Of a stretch of DNA of 34,217 nt, positions 1 to 8,001 are shown piece after piece. The stretch comes from Thermoanaerobaculia bacterium. GTDB lineage: Bacteria; Acidobacteriota; Thermoanaerobaculia; UBA5066. Location: assembly GCA_038245905.1 (NCBI GenBank), contig JBBRRY010000034.1:1-34217 (forward strand), written 5' to 3'. How positions within the stretch are numbered: the stretch's first letter is position 1; every line of letters starts with the position of its first letter. Under the pieces are notes generated by a model. That model worked only from the letters and a program-made list of their open reading frames with translations, was not told the DNA's origin and made no database searches. The translations under genes were made by a program, and so were the position numbers.

Positions 1-78
1 CTCGGTCCCTCGCGCCTTCTCCTCGCGAGCCCGCTCGTCGACGTGGTCGAGACGAAGCCCGCCGCCCCTGCGCGCTAA
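1..78 (+). CDS. 3' end of an unidentified upstream CDS (partial)
   Basis: Frame 1 is open from base 1 to TAA at 76-78 (LGPSRLLLASPLVDVVETKPAAPAR*) with GC-rich third positions. Too short to assign. Confidence 0.45.
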   Translation, partial: LGPSRLLLASPLVDVVETKPAAPAR

Positions 79-85
79 GGCGCGT

Positions 86-114
86 TTGACGAATTCGCGC
101 GCCCGTGAGACCCT
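86..114 (+). promoter_or_regulatory. Putative sigma70-type promoter of the DEAD-box helicase
   Basis: TTGACG (86-91), 17-nt spacer, GACCCT (109-114) preceded by TGn (extended -10). The -10 is a weak match. Confidence 0.35.
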
Positions 115-298
115 GACGTCCGGCTGACGGGCGCCCGACGCGTCCCGGCCCCGAACCAAACAGGATCCGGCGCCAGAGACTTCTGACTGCCCGCTCCGTG
201 CGATGGCCCTACCGGCGATCCATCGCTCCCTCCCCGCCGGACATTCCACGGGACGGACGTGCGTGCACGGGGCCGCCCCGGAAAGCGATCTCTCTCTC

Positions 299-1738
299 AT
301 GCCTTTCTCCTCGTTCCATCTCCACCCCGACCTCCTTCGCGGCGTCAAGGAAATGGGCTTCACGAAGCCCACGCCCATCCAGAACGACTCGATTCCACCC
401 GCGATGGAAGGCAGGGACCTCCTCGCCTGCGCGATGACGGGCAGCGGCAAGACCGCCGCGTTCGTCCTCCCGATCCTCCACCGCCTGATCGCCAAGCCTC
501 GCGGCACGACGCGGGCGCTCGTCATCACGCCGACGCGCGAGCTGGCGGCGCAAATCGACGAGCATCTGAAGGCAATGGCGATCCACACCCCGCTCTCCGG
601 CGCGGCTGTCTTCGGCGGCGTCGGGATGGGGCCTCAGGAGCACGCGTTTCGGAGCGGTGTCGACGTCATCGTCGCGACGCCCGGCCGCCTCCTCGACCAT
701 TTCCGCTTCGGCTACGCGAAACTGTCCGGACTCGAGATCCTCGTCCTCGACGAAGCGGACCGGATGCTCGACATGGGCTTCCTCCCGGACATCCGCCGCG
801 TGCTCCGGCACCTTCCCCAGAACCGCCAGACGCTCTTCTTCTCGGCGACGATGCCGCCGCCGATCGCGCAGCTCACGAAGGAGATGCTGAAGAATCCCGT
901 CACGGTGAACGTCGAGCGGCAGGCGTTGCCCGCCGTCGGCATCACGCAGGCGGTCTACCCAGTGCCGCAGGACCTGAAGTTCGGACTGCTTCTTTCCCTG
1001 CTCAAGCGCGGCGACTTCAAGAGCGTGCTCACCTTCACGCGCACGAAGCACCGCGCAAACCGCCTCGCCGATCAGCTCACGCGGAACGGCGTCGCGTGCG
1101 AGCGCATCCACGGCAACCGCAGCCAGGCGCAGCGCACACAGGCGCTCGCCGGGTTCAAGGACGGGAAGTTCAAGGTCCTCGTCGCCACGGACATCGCGGC
1201 GCGCGGCATCGACGTCGAGGCCCTCTCCCACGTCGTGAACTTCGACGTCCCGCACGTCCCGGAGGACTACATCCACCGCGTCGGCCGCACGGCGCGCGCC
1301 GAGCTGAAGGGCGACGCGTTCACGTTCGTCGCGCCTGACGAGGAAGGCGATCTCCGCCAGATCGAGCGCGCGATCGGAAAGCGCCTTCCGCGCGTGACGG
1401 TTCCCGAGTTCGACTACACGACGCGCCCGACCGAGCGCCTCGAGGTTCCCCTCCAGGAGCGCATCGCGGCGATCCGAGCGCGAAAATCCGACGAGCGAGC
1501 GCGCGCCCGCGAGAAGGCGGAGCGCCGCGGGCAGCACGAGGCTTCGATGGCGTCGCGCGGGCGCGGAAGCATGCCCCCCCGTCCCGGCCAGCCTTCGGCG
1601 GGCCGGCCTCCGGCACCGCGCGGAACGGTAGGATCCCGCCATGCCGCACCTTCTCGACCTCAGCCACGCGGTGGAAGCGGGCATGGTCACGTACAAGGGC
1701 CTGCCCGGCCCGGTCATCCGAGACCACCTCAGTCGTGA
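299..1738 (+). CDS. rhlE: DEAD-box ATP-dependent RNA helicase, RhlE-like (479 aa)
   Basis: Q motif (GFTKPTPIQ), TGSGKT, PTRELA, TPGRL, DEAD, SAT, HGNRSQ, TDIAARGID, HRVGRTAR, and a basic disordered tail. Start moved to ATG 299 (MPFSSFHL), which places the conserved Phe just upstream of the Q motif. Confidence 0.95.
   Translation: MPFSSFHLHPDLLRGVKEMGFTKPTPIQNDSIPPAMEGRDLLACAMTGSGKTAAFVLPILHRLIAKPRGTTRALVITPTRELAAQIDEHLKAMAIHTPLSGAAVFGGVGMGPQEHAFRSGVDVIVATPGRLLDHFRFGYAKLSGLEILVLDEADRMLDMGFLPDIRRVLRHLPQNRQTLFFSATMPPPIAQLTKEMLKNPVTVNVERQALPAVGITQAVYPVPQDLKFGLLLSLLKRGDFKSVLTFTRTKHRANRLADQLTRNGVACERIHGNRSQAQRTQALAGFKDGKFKVLVATDIAARGIDVEALSHVVNFDVPHVPEDYIHRVGRTARAELKGDAFTFVAPDEEGDLRQIERAIGKRLPRVTVPEFDYTTRPTERLEVPLQERIAAIRARKSDERARAREKAERRGQHEASMASRGRGSMPPRPGQPSAGRPPAPRGTVGSRHAAPSRPQPRGGSGHGHVQGPARPGHPRPPQS
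1629..1634 (+). promoter_or_regulatory. -10 element (TAGGAT) of a leaderless promoter for the cyclase gene
   Basis: TANNNT followed by 6 nt then ATG 1641; no SD; lies within the helicase 3' end. Confidence 0.55.
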
Positions 1739-2300
1739 AGCCTCCCGCCCGCTCTACGCGGGCGGGACCACGTTCCAGATCGGCAAGATCGAGATGGTCG
1801 CGAACACGGGAACGTACGTGGACGCGCCATCTCATCGATACGAGGACGGCGTCGATCTCGCCGGACTGTCGCTCGATTTGCTCGCAGGGCGCGAGGGCAT
1901 CTGCATCGCGGCTCCGCATGCGCAAGGGTTGGCGGTGGATGAGGATTTCTTAGAAGGTAGAGAGGTCGGGGGCCGCGCCGTTCTCATTCATACAGGCTGG
2001 TCTGCTTTCTGGGGCACTCCCTCTTACTTTCATCGCTCTTCTCACCTGACCGCCGCCGCCGCGGCCTTGCTCGTCGCGCGGGGCGCTGCCATCGTCGGGA
2101 TCGACTCCCACAACATCGACGACACGGAGGACCTCTCCCGGCCCGTGCACTCGATCCTGCTGCGCGCGGGCATCCCCGTCGTCGAGCACCTCTGCAATCT
2201 CGAGGCGCTGCCCGAGGCCGGTTTCCGCTTCTACGCGGTGCCCGTCAGAGTCGTGGGAATGGGGACGTTCCCGGTACGCGCGTTCGCGGAAGTCGCCTGA
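1641..2300 (+). CDS. Cyclase / kynurenine formamidase (KynB)-like family protein (219 aa)
   Basis: DLSH, NTGTYVDAPSH (variant of HxGTHxDxPxH), VLIHTGW, VGIDS, H..LL..GIPVVEHL.NL, and a C-terminal PVRAFA. Confidence 0.88.
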   Translation: MPHLLDLSHAVEAGMVTYKGLPGPVIRDHLSREASRPLYAGGTTFQIGKIEMVANTGTYVDAPSHRYEDGVDLAGLSLDLLAGREGICIAAPHAQGLAVDEDFLEGREVGGRAVLIHTGWSAFWGTPSYFHRSSHLTAAAAALLVARGAAIVGIDSHNIDDTEDLSRPVHSILLRAGIPVVEHLCNLEALPEAGFRFYAVPVRVVGMGTFPVRAFAEVA

Positions 2301-2339
2301 GCGCGGCGGGCGCGCCCCTAAGTCCTTATGAATCAGCGT

Positions 2340-2365
2340 TGAACCCGGATCCGTGGGTATACGTA
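2340..2365 (+). promoter_or_regulatory. Putative ECF sigma (SigW-like) promoter
   Basis: TGAACC (2340-2345), N16, CGTA (2362-2365), compared with the B. subtilis SigW consensus TGAAAC-N16-CGTA. Confidence 0.55.
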
Positions 2366-2413
2366 TCATTGGAGAGACCGAAGTACCCGTTTTCGTCCCA
2401 AGGAGGTTCCGTC

Positions 2414-3562
2414 ATGGGCCTGCTCGACAACATCAAACAGCAGATGGGCTCGCAGTTCATCGAGATCATCCAGTGGCTCGATGACACGCACGATTCGCTC
2501 GTTTACCGTTTCCCGGTCTACAACCAGGAAATCAAGATGAACGCGCAGCTCACGGTTCGCGAGAACCAGCTGGCGCTGTTCATCAACGAGGGAAAAGCGG
2601 CTGACCTCTTCACGCCGGGGCGCTATCAGCTCACGACGGAGAACCTGCCGATCCTGACGACGCTCCGCGGATGGAAGTACGGCTTCCAGTCGCCCTTCAA
2701 GGCCGAGGTCTACTTTTTCAATACGCGCCTCTTCACGGACCTGAAGTGGGGCACGACGAACCCCGTCATGATGCGCGACGCGGAGTTCGGGATGATCCGG
2801 CTGCGCGCGTTCGGCACGTACGCGATGAAGATCGACGACGCGAAGGCGTTCTTCGCGAACGTCGTCGGTACGGCCGGCCTCACGACGACGGACGAGATCA
2901 CCGGCCAGCTCCGGTCGACGATTCTTTCGCGCCTGTCGGACGCGATCGCCGAGTCGAAGATCGCCGCGCTCGACCTCGCGTCGAAGTACGACGAGCTCTC
3001 GGGGACCGGCAAGCAGGTCCTCGCGCCCGAGTTCGGGAGTTTCGGCCTCGAGCTTTCGAGGTTCTTCATCGAGAACATCTCGCTGCCCGAAGAAGTCGAG
3101 GCGGCGATCGACCAGCGCACGAAGCTGGGCGTCCTCGGCGACAAGATGGGGCAGTACACGCAGCTCCAGGCGGCCGACGCGATGAAAATCGCCGCCGCGA
3201 ACCCCGGCGGAGCCGCGGGTGCCGGGATCGGCATCGGTGCGGGCATCGCGATGGGCGGAATGATGGGAAACGCGATGGGACAGAGCATGGCGGGCGCCGG
3301 AGGCGCGGGCCCCATGGCGCCTCCGCCTCCCGCGGGCCTCGGCTTTTCCGCGCCGAAGTGGTCCCTCACCGTGGACGGCAAGACCTACGGACCGTACTCG
3401 GACGATGCGTTGAAGGGCATGGTTGCCTCCGGCCAGGTCGCGGGCGGAACGATGGCGTGGAAGCCCGGCGCGGCCGGCTGGGCGCCGCTTTCGACGTTCG
3501 AGGAGTTCACGGGATCTTCGGCTCCGCCGATGCCTCCTCCGCCTCCGCCGCCCGCCCGCTGA
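2414..3562 (+). CDS. SPFH (Band 7, YdjI-like) protein with C-terminal GYF_2-like domain (382 aa)
   Basis: SD AGGAGG before ATG 2414. IEIIQW, QLTVRENQ.ALF, FTPGRYQLTTENLPILT, KWGT.NP..MRD.EFG.IRLRAFG, ISLPEEV; Gly/Ala/Met-rich linker; GPYS...L..MV.SG.....T..WK.G..GW domain; poly-Pro tail. Confidence 0.9.
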   Translation: MGLLDNIKQQMGSQFIEIIQWLDDTHDSLVYRFPVYNQEIKMNAQLTVRENQLALFINEGKAADLFTPGRYQLTTENLPILTTLRGWKYGFQSPFKAEVYFFNTRLFTDLKWGTTNPVMMRDAEFGMIRLRAFGTYAMKIDDAKAFFANVVGTAGLTTTDEITGQLRSTILSRLSDAIAESKIAALDLASKYDELSGTGKQVLAPEFGSFGLELSRFFIENISLPEEVEAAIDQRTKLGVLGDKMGQYTQLQAADAMKIAAANPGGAAGAGIGIGAGIAMGGMMGNAMGQSMAGAGGAGPMAPPPPAGLGFSAPKWSLTVDGKTYGPYSDDALKGMVASGQVAGGTMAWKPGAAGWAPLSTFEEFTGSSAPPMPPPPPPPAR

Positions 3563-3572
3563 CGCGCCCTCG

Positions 3573-4679
3573 ATGACCGGATCGAATTTGCCCCCGGCGA
3601 GTCCGGCGGCCTCGGCGAAGCTGCGAAAATTCCCGTGCGCTGCGTGCGGGGCGGACGTCGTCTGGAACCCCGGTGCGGCGGCTCTCACGTGCCCCTACTG
3701 CGGCGCGAAGAAAGACATCCCGAACACGCCGGGCGAGGTGACGGAGCGCCCGATCGAGGAAGCGCTCAAGGGCGCATCGGACCTTGGCTGGGGCATGGCG
3801 CGCAAGGCGGTCTCGTGCCGGGGCTGCGGCGCGACGACGACATTCGACGCGGGAGTCGCCGCGGCGCGCTGCGCCTTCTGCGGCGCGCCCGCCGTCGTCG
3901 AGGCGCCGCCGTCGACGACGATGGTCCGCCCCGGAGGCGTTCTCCCGTTCCGAGTGGACCGGAACGCCGCGACCGGCACGTTCCGCCAGTGGCTCTCGTC
4001 GCTCTGGTTCCGGCCGGACGACCTTTCCGAGAAGTCCGCGCTCTCGGAGCTGAAGGGCGTTTACGTACCCTTCTGGACGTTCGACGCCGCCACGCACTCG
4101 GCGTGGACGGCGGACGCGGGCTTCGACTATCAGGTCGAGGTGCAGGTCGAGGAGAACGGACAGATCCGGACGCGTAGCGAAACGCGGACACGGTGGGAGC
4201 CGGCCGAAGGCGTCCTCGAGCACTTTTTCGACGACGTGCCCGTTCCCGCGTCCAAGGGGCTGCCTCCAGACCTCGCGCGCGCGATCGAGCCGTTCCCGGC
4301 ACGCGAGCTGATTCCGTACGAGCCTTCGTATCTCTCGGGCTTTCTCGCCGAGGAATACGCGGTCGGGCCGAAGGAGGCGCTCGCCTCCGGGCAGGAGCGC
4401 ATGACCGGGGAGCTCTTCACCGCCTGCGGGAACGAAGTGCCCGGTGACCGCTGGCGGAACCTCCAGGTTCGCACGGCGTGGTCGGCGCTCGCATACAAGA
4501 ACGGGCTCTTCCCCGTCTGGATCGCGGCGTACCAGTACGGCGGCAAGCCCTACCGCTTTCTCGTGAACGGCGTCACGGGCAAGACGGACGGCCGCGCGCC
4601 GTGGTCGTGGGTCAAGATCGGCCTCGCCGCCGCCGCGGCCATCCTCGTCTTCATCATCATCGCCTCGATCTCGAGGTGA
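3573..4679 (+). CDS. Double zinc-ribbon membrane protein, YdjG-like (368 aa)
   Basis: Four CxxC motifs (CAAC, CPYC, CRGC, CAFC), P.GVLPF, GVYVPFWTFD, IEPF, YLSGFLAEEY, PVW...Y.Y....Y.FLVNG.TGK..G.AP, and a C-terminal TM helix. Start ATG 3573, 10 nt after the SPFH stop. Confidence 0.82.
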   Translation: MTGSNLPPASPAASAKLRKFPCAACGADVVWNPGAAALTCPYCGAKKDIPNTPGEVTERPIEEALKGASDLGWGMARKAVSCRGCGATTTFDAGVAAARCAFCGAPAVVEAPPSTTMVRPGGVLPFRVDRNAATGTFRQWLSSLWFRPDDLSEKSALSELKGVYVPFWTFDAATHSAWTADAGFDYQVEVQVEENGQIRTRSETRTRWEPAEGVLEHFFDDVPVPASKGLPPDLARAIEPFPARELIPYEPSYLSGFLAEEYAVGPKEALASGQERMTGELFTACGNEVPGDRWRNLQVRTAWSALAYKNGLFPVWIAAYQYGGKPYRFLVNGVTGKTDGRAPWSWVKIGLAAAAAILVFIIIASISR

Positions 4680-4681
4680 TT

Positions 4682-4690
4682 TGATAGCGT
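4682..4690 (+). promoter_or_regulatory. Extended -10 element (TGaTAGCGT) of a leaderless promoter
   Basis: TGn followed by TANNNT, 6 nt before ATG 4697; no SD. Confidence 0.5.
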
Positions 4691-4696
4691 GAGCAC

Positions 4697-6397
4697 ATGG
4701 GTTCCATGAGCGAGTCCAGGCCGGCTGCTTCCCGGCTGGCCCGACCAGATTCCCGCCCGATCCTCGTGACCGCCCTCATAACGGGATGGCTGCTGATCTC
4801 GGGATTCGGTGCTCTCCGCGCGATCGTCGTGCTCGGCACGGCCGCCGCGACCTCGAAGCTGGGCCCGTCCGACCCCCTGGCACGGGTGGCGGCGGCGGAA
4901 CCCGATCTCGTGACGGACGAGATGCGCGAGGTCCTCGCCCAGCGAGCGCAACGGGCCTCTCTCGAAAAATACCTGTCCGTGCCCCTCCTCCTGCTCGCGG
5001 CGCTCGGCGCCGTTGGCGCCATCGGGCTGCTCAGGGGCCGCGCCTGGTCTCGCGCGCTCCTCGTTTCCGTCGGCGTCCTGGCCCTCGCGCTCTCCGTGTT
5101 CCACGCGTTCCGGGTGGTCGACATCGCGACCGCTCCGGCCGCCGGCCTCGTGTCGGACGGGAACCCGGACGCGCGGAACGCTGTCGTCCTCGCCCGGTCG
5201 TTTGCCGGCGTCGCCCTCGCGCTCGGGTCGATCCCGCTGATCCTCGCGATGAGCCTGCTCCGTCATCCAATCGTCCGCGACTACGTGGAGGTCGCGTCCT
5301 CGAACCGGCCGCGGTCCGGCGGCGGGCTCGACCCGCTCCTGATCGTCGCAGGGTGCGCGCTCCTTCTCGCGGCGAGCGCCGTACTCTTCTCTAAGAGCCG
5401 TTCGCGCGCGCCGGCGGCAGGAACGAGCGCCGCCGTCCTTCAGCCGGCGCAAGAGCCCGAGACGTTCCGTTGGGGCGACCAGCCGATCACCTTCGCGCCG
5501 CCTTCCGGAACCTGGACACGCGAGCGCTGGGCCGAGGGCGGGAGGAAGGGCGTTTCGTTCACGCGGTACGCGGTGCCGCCGAGCCGCATCACCGTGGCCG
5601 AGGCGCCCGTCGAGACGGCGCCGCGCGACGCCGAAGAGGTCCTGCCCCGGTTCCGCCTCACAAAAGAGATGTTCCGATCCGCCGATTCCGTGACGGTGTT
5701 CGAGCCGGTGCGCGCCGTCCTTGCCGGTTACCCCGCGTTCCAGACGAACTACACGCTGAGAGAGCGGTCGATGCAGCACAGCGGCCGCGAGTTCTTCACG
5801 GTGGCCGAAGGGCACGTCTTCGTCTTTACCTTTCTCGGCCGTGATTCGGATCTCCCCGTCTTCGAGAATCTCGTCGCGTCCGCCCGGTTTCCGGCCGCGG
5901 GCGGCCCCGACGGCCTCGTCCGGACGACGGACGAGGAGCCCCGCTCCGGGGAGAAGCAATCCGGCGACGTTACGGACCTCCGGGTCGGGGAGATTCGGGT
6001 GACGGTCCGGATGCCGCGCACGTGGGAGCACGTCGACTACGGGTCGCGCCAGGAATTCCGGCTCGGAGAAAACAGAATCGCCCTCGTCGACGGCGGTCCG
6101 GCGCAACTCGGTCCCGCGGGAGAGATCGACACCGAACGGGTCCTCGACCGCGCCCTCCGACTCTTCGGCCACGATTCGAAAAGGTGGGTGATCGGGGCGA
6201 AGACGCACATCCGCGGGGAATTCGGGGAAGCCCTCGTCGTCGACACCTGGGACCCGCTCAGCCACGTGCTCCACCAGCGCACGATCGTCTTCGTGCGCGC
6301 CGGGAGGCTGCTCGCGGCGGGAGCCGTCATGGGCTCCTACGACGCGACGAAAGAGCCGCTCGAGGCCCTCGCACGGTCCATCCGTTTTCCGGACTAG
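4697..6397 (+). CDS. Hypothetical membrane protein: about 5 N-terminal TM helices plus two PsbP/DcrB-like soluble domains (566 aa)
   Basis: Five hydrophobic segments in the first ~235 aa. Two similar C-terminal units, each starting with a beta-strand-P-x-x-W motif and ending FENLVASARF / LEALARSIRF. The fold call is an inference. Confidence 0.7.
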   Translation: MGSMSESRPAASRLARPDSRPILVTALITGWLLISGFGALRAIVVLGTAAATSKLGPSDPLARVAAAEPDLVTDEMREVLAQRAQRASLEKYLSVPLLLLAALGAVGAIGLLRGRAWSRALLVSVGVLALALSVFHAFRVVDIATAPAAGLVSDGNPDARNAVVLARSFAGVALALGSIPLILAMSLLRHPIVRDYVEVASSNRPRSGGGLDPLLIVAGCALLLAASAVLFSKSRSRAPAAGTSAAVLQPAQEPETFRWGDQPITFAPPSGTWTRERWAEGGRKGVSFTRYAVPPSRITVAEAPVETAPRDAEEVLPRFRLTKEMFRSADSVTVFEPVRAVLAGYPAFQTNYTLRERSMQHSGREFFTVAEGHVFVFTFLGRDSDLPVFENLVASARFPAAGGPDGLVRTTDEEPRSGEKQSGDVTDLRVGEIRVTVRMPRTWEHVDYGSRQEFRLGENRIALVDGGPAQLGPAGEIDTERVLDRALRLFGHDSKRWVIGAKTHIRGEFGEALVVDTWDPLSHVLHQRTIVFVRAGRLLAAGAVMGSYDATKEPLEALARSIRFPD

Positions 6398-6405
6398 GCT
6401 CCGGG

Positions 6406-7488
6406 TCAGCGGCTCGGCCGCGCGCGTCGGAGCATTCTCTGAGGCTCGGTCCGCACTTTGCCGCCCACGGCCCAGCCCGTCTCGGCGTCGAGCATCTGCA
6501 GCGCGCGAAGCTCCTCTCCCTCGAGCCGGTGCTCGACCGACCACGTCGCGCCGCCGTCGGCCGTGCGCCACACGAACGATCGGGCCTTGTCAGGAAGAAA
6601 GCCTGCGGTCCAGCCGTTCCGAGGGTCCGCGAACGCGATTGCCGTCAGGAACGCCTCGCGGTTCCCCACGTCCTGCAGGACCCACGAGTCCCCGCCATCG
6701 GCGGTGTGAAGGATCGTCCCGAACTCCCCGACGACCCAGCCGTCGAGACTGCCTGCCCAGGACATGCCCCACAAGAAAGGAGACCGTTCGGCCGTGCTCT
6801 GCGGGCGAGGAACGGGAACGCGCGCGAACACCAGCCCTCCGTCCCGAGTCCGCCAGAGGTTCTCGAACTGCCCGGCGAGCCAGCCGTTCCGGGTGTCGAG
6901 GAAGTGAATCGCGCTCACCTCGAAGCTGGCGTCGGAGGCGCCGTCGCCCAGCGCGAGCCAGTTGAAGCCTCCGTCGTTCGTGTGGAGGACGCCGCCGCGG
7001 CCCGCTGCCCAACCCTCGCGGTCGTCGAGGAAGTGAAGCGCGGAGAGGGACGCGACGGTCTTTCGCGGGTAGCGGGCCGGCTGCCAGCTCGCGCCGCCAT
7101 CCAGGGTCAGGTAGATCCCCCCGCGTCCCGCGGCGCAGGCGCGCTGCCGGTCGAAGCCCTGCACCGCCTGAAGGGGGGAATCGGGGCCTCTGCCCTTCAC
7201 GACGCCCGTCACGTACTTCCACGTCCGGCCGCCGTCTTCCGTTCGGCCCACGATGCCACCCGTGACGAACGGGCTTCCGCCCACGATCCATCCGGCGTCG
7301 GCGTCCACGAAGTGAAGGCCGCCGAAAATGGCGTCCGTCCCGATCCGGATTTCTTCCCAGCCCGCGACGCCCCTGGATCCGGCGGAGGCCTTTTCAGAGG
7401 CGGGCGCTCCTCCGCGGCCGCAGCCGGAAGCCAGGAGGCAAAGAGTGAGGCCTGGAGCCACGATCCAAATACGGGGCCAACCCTTCAC
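6406..7488 (-). CDS. YCF48-related / BNR-repeat beta-propeller lipoprotein (360 aa)
   Basis: Lipobox LASGC after a hydrophobic stretch; about 7 repeats of F.D...GW..G...G....T.DGG.TW. Confidence 0.88.
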   Translation of the reverse strand: MKGWPRIWIVAPGLTLCLLASGCGRGGAPASEKASAGSRGVAGWEEIRIGTDAIFGGLHFVDADAGWIVGGSPFVTGGIVGRTEDGGRTWKYVTGVVKGRGPDSPLQAVQGFDRQRACAAGRGGIYLTLDGGASWQPARYPRKTVASLSALHFLDDREGWAAGRGGVLHTNDGGFNWLALGDGASDASFEVSAIHFLDTRNGWLAGQFENLWRTRDGGLVFARVPVPRPQSTAERSPFLWGMSWAGSLDGWVVGEFGTILHTADGGDSWVLQDVGNREAFLTAIAFADPRNGWTAGFLPDKARSFVWRTADGGATWSVEHRLEGEELRALQMLDAETGWAVGGKVRTEPQRMLRRARPSR

Positions 7489-7495
7489 GCGATCG

Positions 7496-7523
7496 AGGAT
7501 AGGGCTGACGAAAGGCGTGTCAA
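7496..7523 (-). promoter_or_regulatory. sigma70 promoter of the YCF48-like gene (leaderless)
   Basis: Minus strand: TTGACA (7523-7518), 16 nt, TATCCT (7501-7496), 7 nt, GTG 7488. Confidence 0.7.
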
Positions 7524-7539
7524 CATCATGATGGGCTGG

Positions 7540-7555
7540 CGCGATATCGTCATGC
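7540..7555. repeat. Direct repeat copy 1, CGCGATATCGTCATGC
   Basis: 15/16 identical to 8353-8368; the two copies bracket the TA pair. Confidence 0.5.
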
Positions 7556-7581
7556 TCTTCTCGATCGAGGGGTGAGGCGCG

Positions 7582-8001
7582 CTACGGGAGGACGGGAAAG
7601 CCCTCCTTGCGCGCGGCATCGCTCAGACGATCGTCCAAGGAGACGAAGGGGAGACTCTCCGGCCTCTCGTCGCACGCGACAAGCGCCGCCGCCAGCTGCA
7701 GCGCGTCGGCGGCGCGAAGGACGTGCGTTTTGACCAGCCGAAGCGCTCGTGCACGGACGGGACGGAGCGCGCTGATCTCACCCCAGCGATCGACGAGCTT
7801 CGAGAGCTCGCGCCGGGCCCGTTCCACTGCCTCCGCTTCCAAACCCGCGCGCTCACGCCGAGCCATGGCGGATGCGATCTCGACCTCGGTGAGGGACCAG
7901 ACCACGAGGGTGGTGTCCCTTTCGTAGAGGTTCTGGACCGAAGCCGTCTGCGGCTCGTCCAACAGGAGCGGGATGATCGCCGAACTGTCCCAGTACTTCA
8001 C
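7582..8001 (-). CDS. vapC: VapC-family PIN-domain toxin (139 aa)
   Basis: YWDSSA, EVEIASA, LRAADALQLAAA, FVSLDDRL..AA..EGF. The GTG start at 8001 overlaps the antitoxin stop (GTGA). Confidence 0.93.
   Translation of the reverse strand: MKYWDSSAIIPLLLDEPQTASVQNLYERDTTLVVWSLTEVEIASAMARRERAGLEAEAVERARRELSKLVDRWGEISALRPVRARALRLVKTHVLRAADALQLAAALVACDERPESLPFVSLDDRLSDAARKEGFPVLP

Noticed and set aside
2319-2336. AT-rich TAA-N4-TT elements upstream of both ECF-like promoters (also 32734-32742, minus strand); IHF-like
   Set aside because: They do not fit WATCAR-N4-TTR properly and are too degenerate to support from two instances.
7528-7575. 15-codon ORF MMGWRDIVMLFSIEG antisense to the TA region
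   Set aside because: No SD or -10 support; it overlaps palindromes and the repeat, which better explain the sequence.
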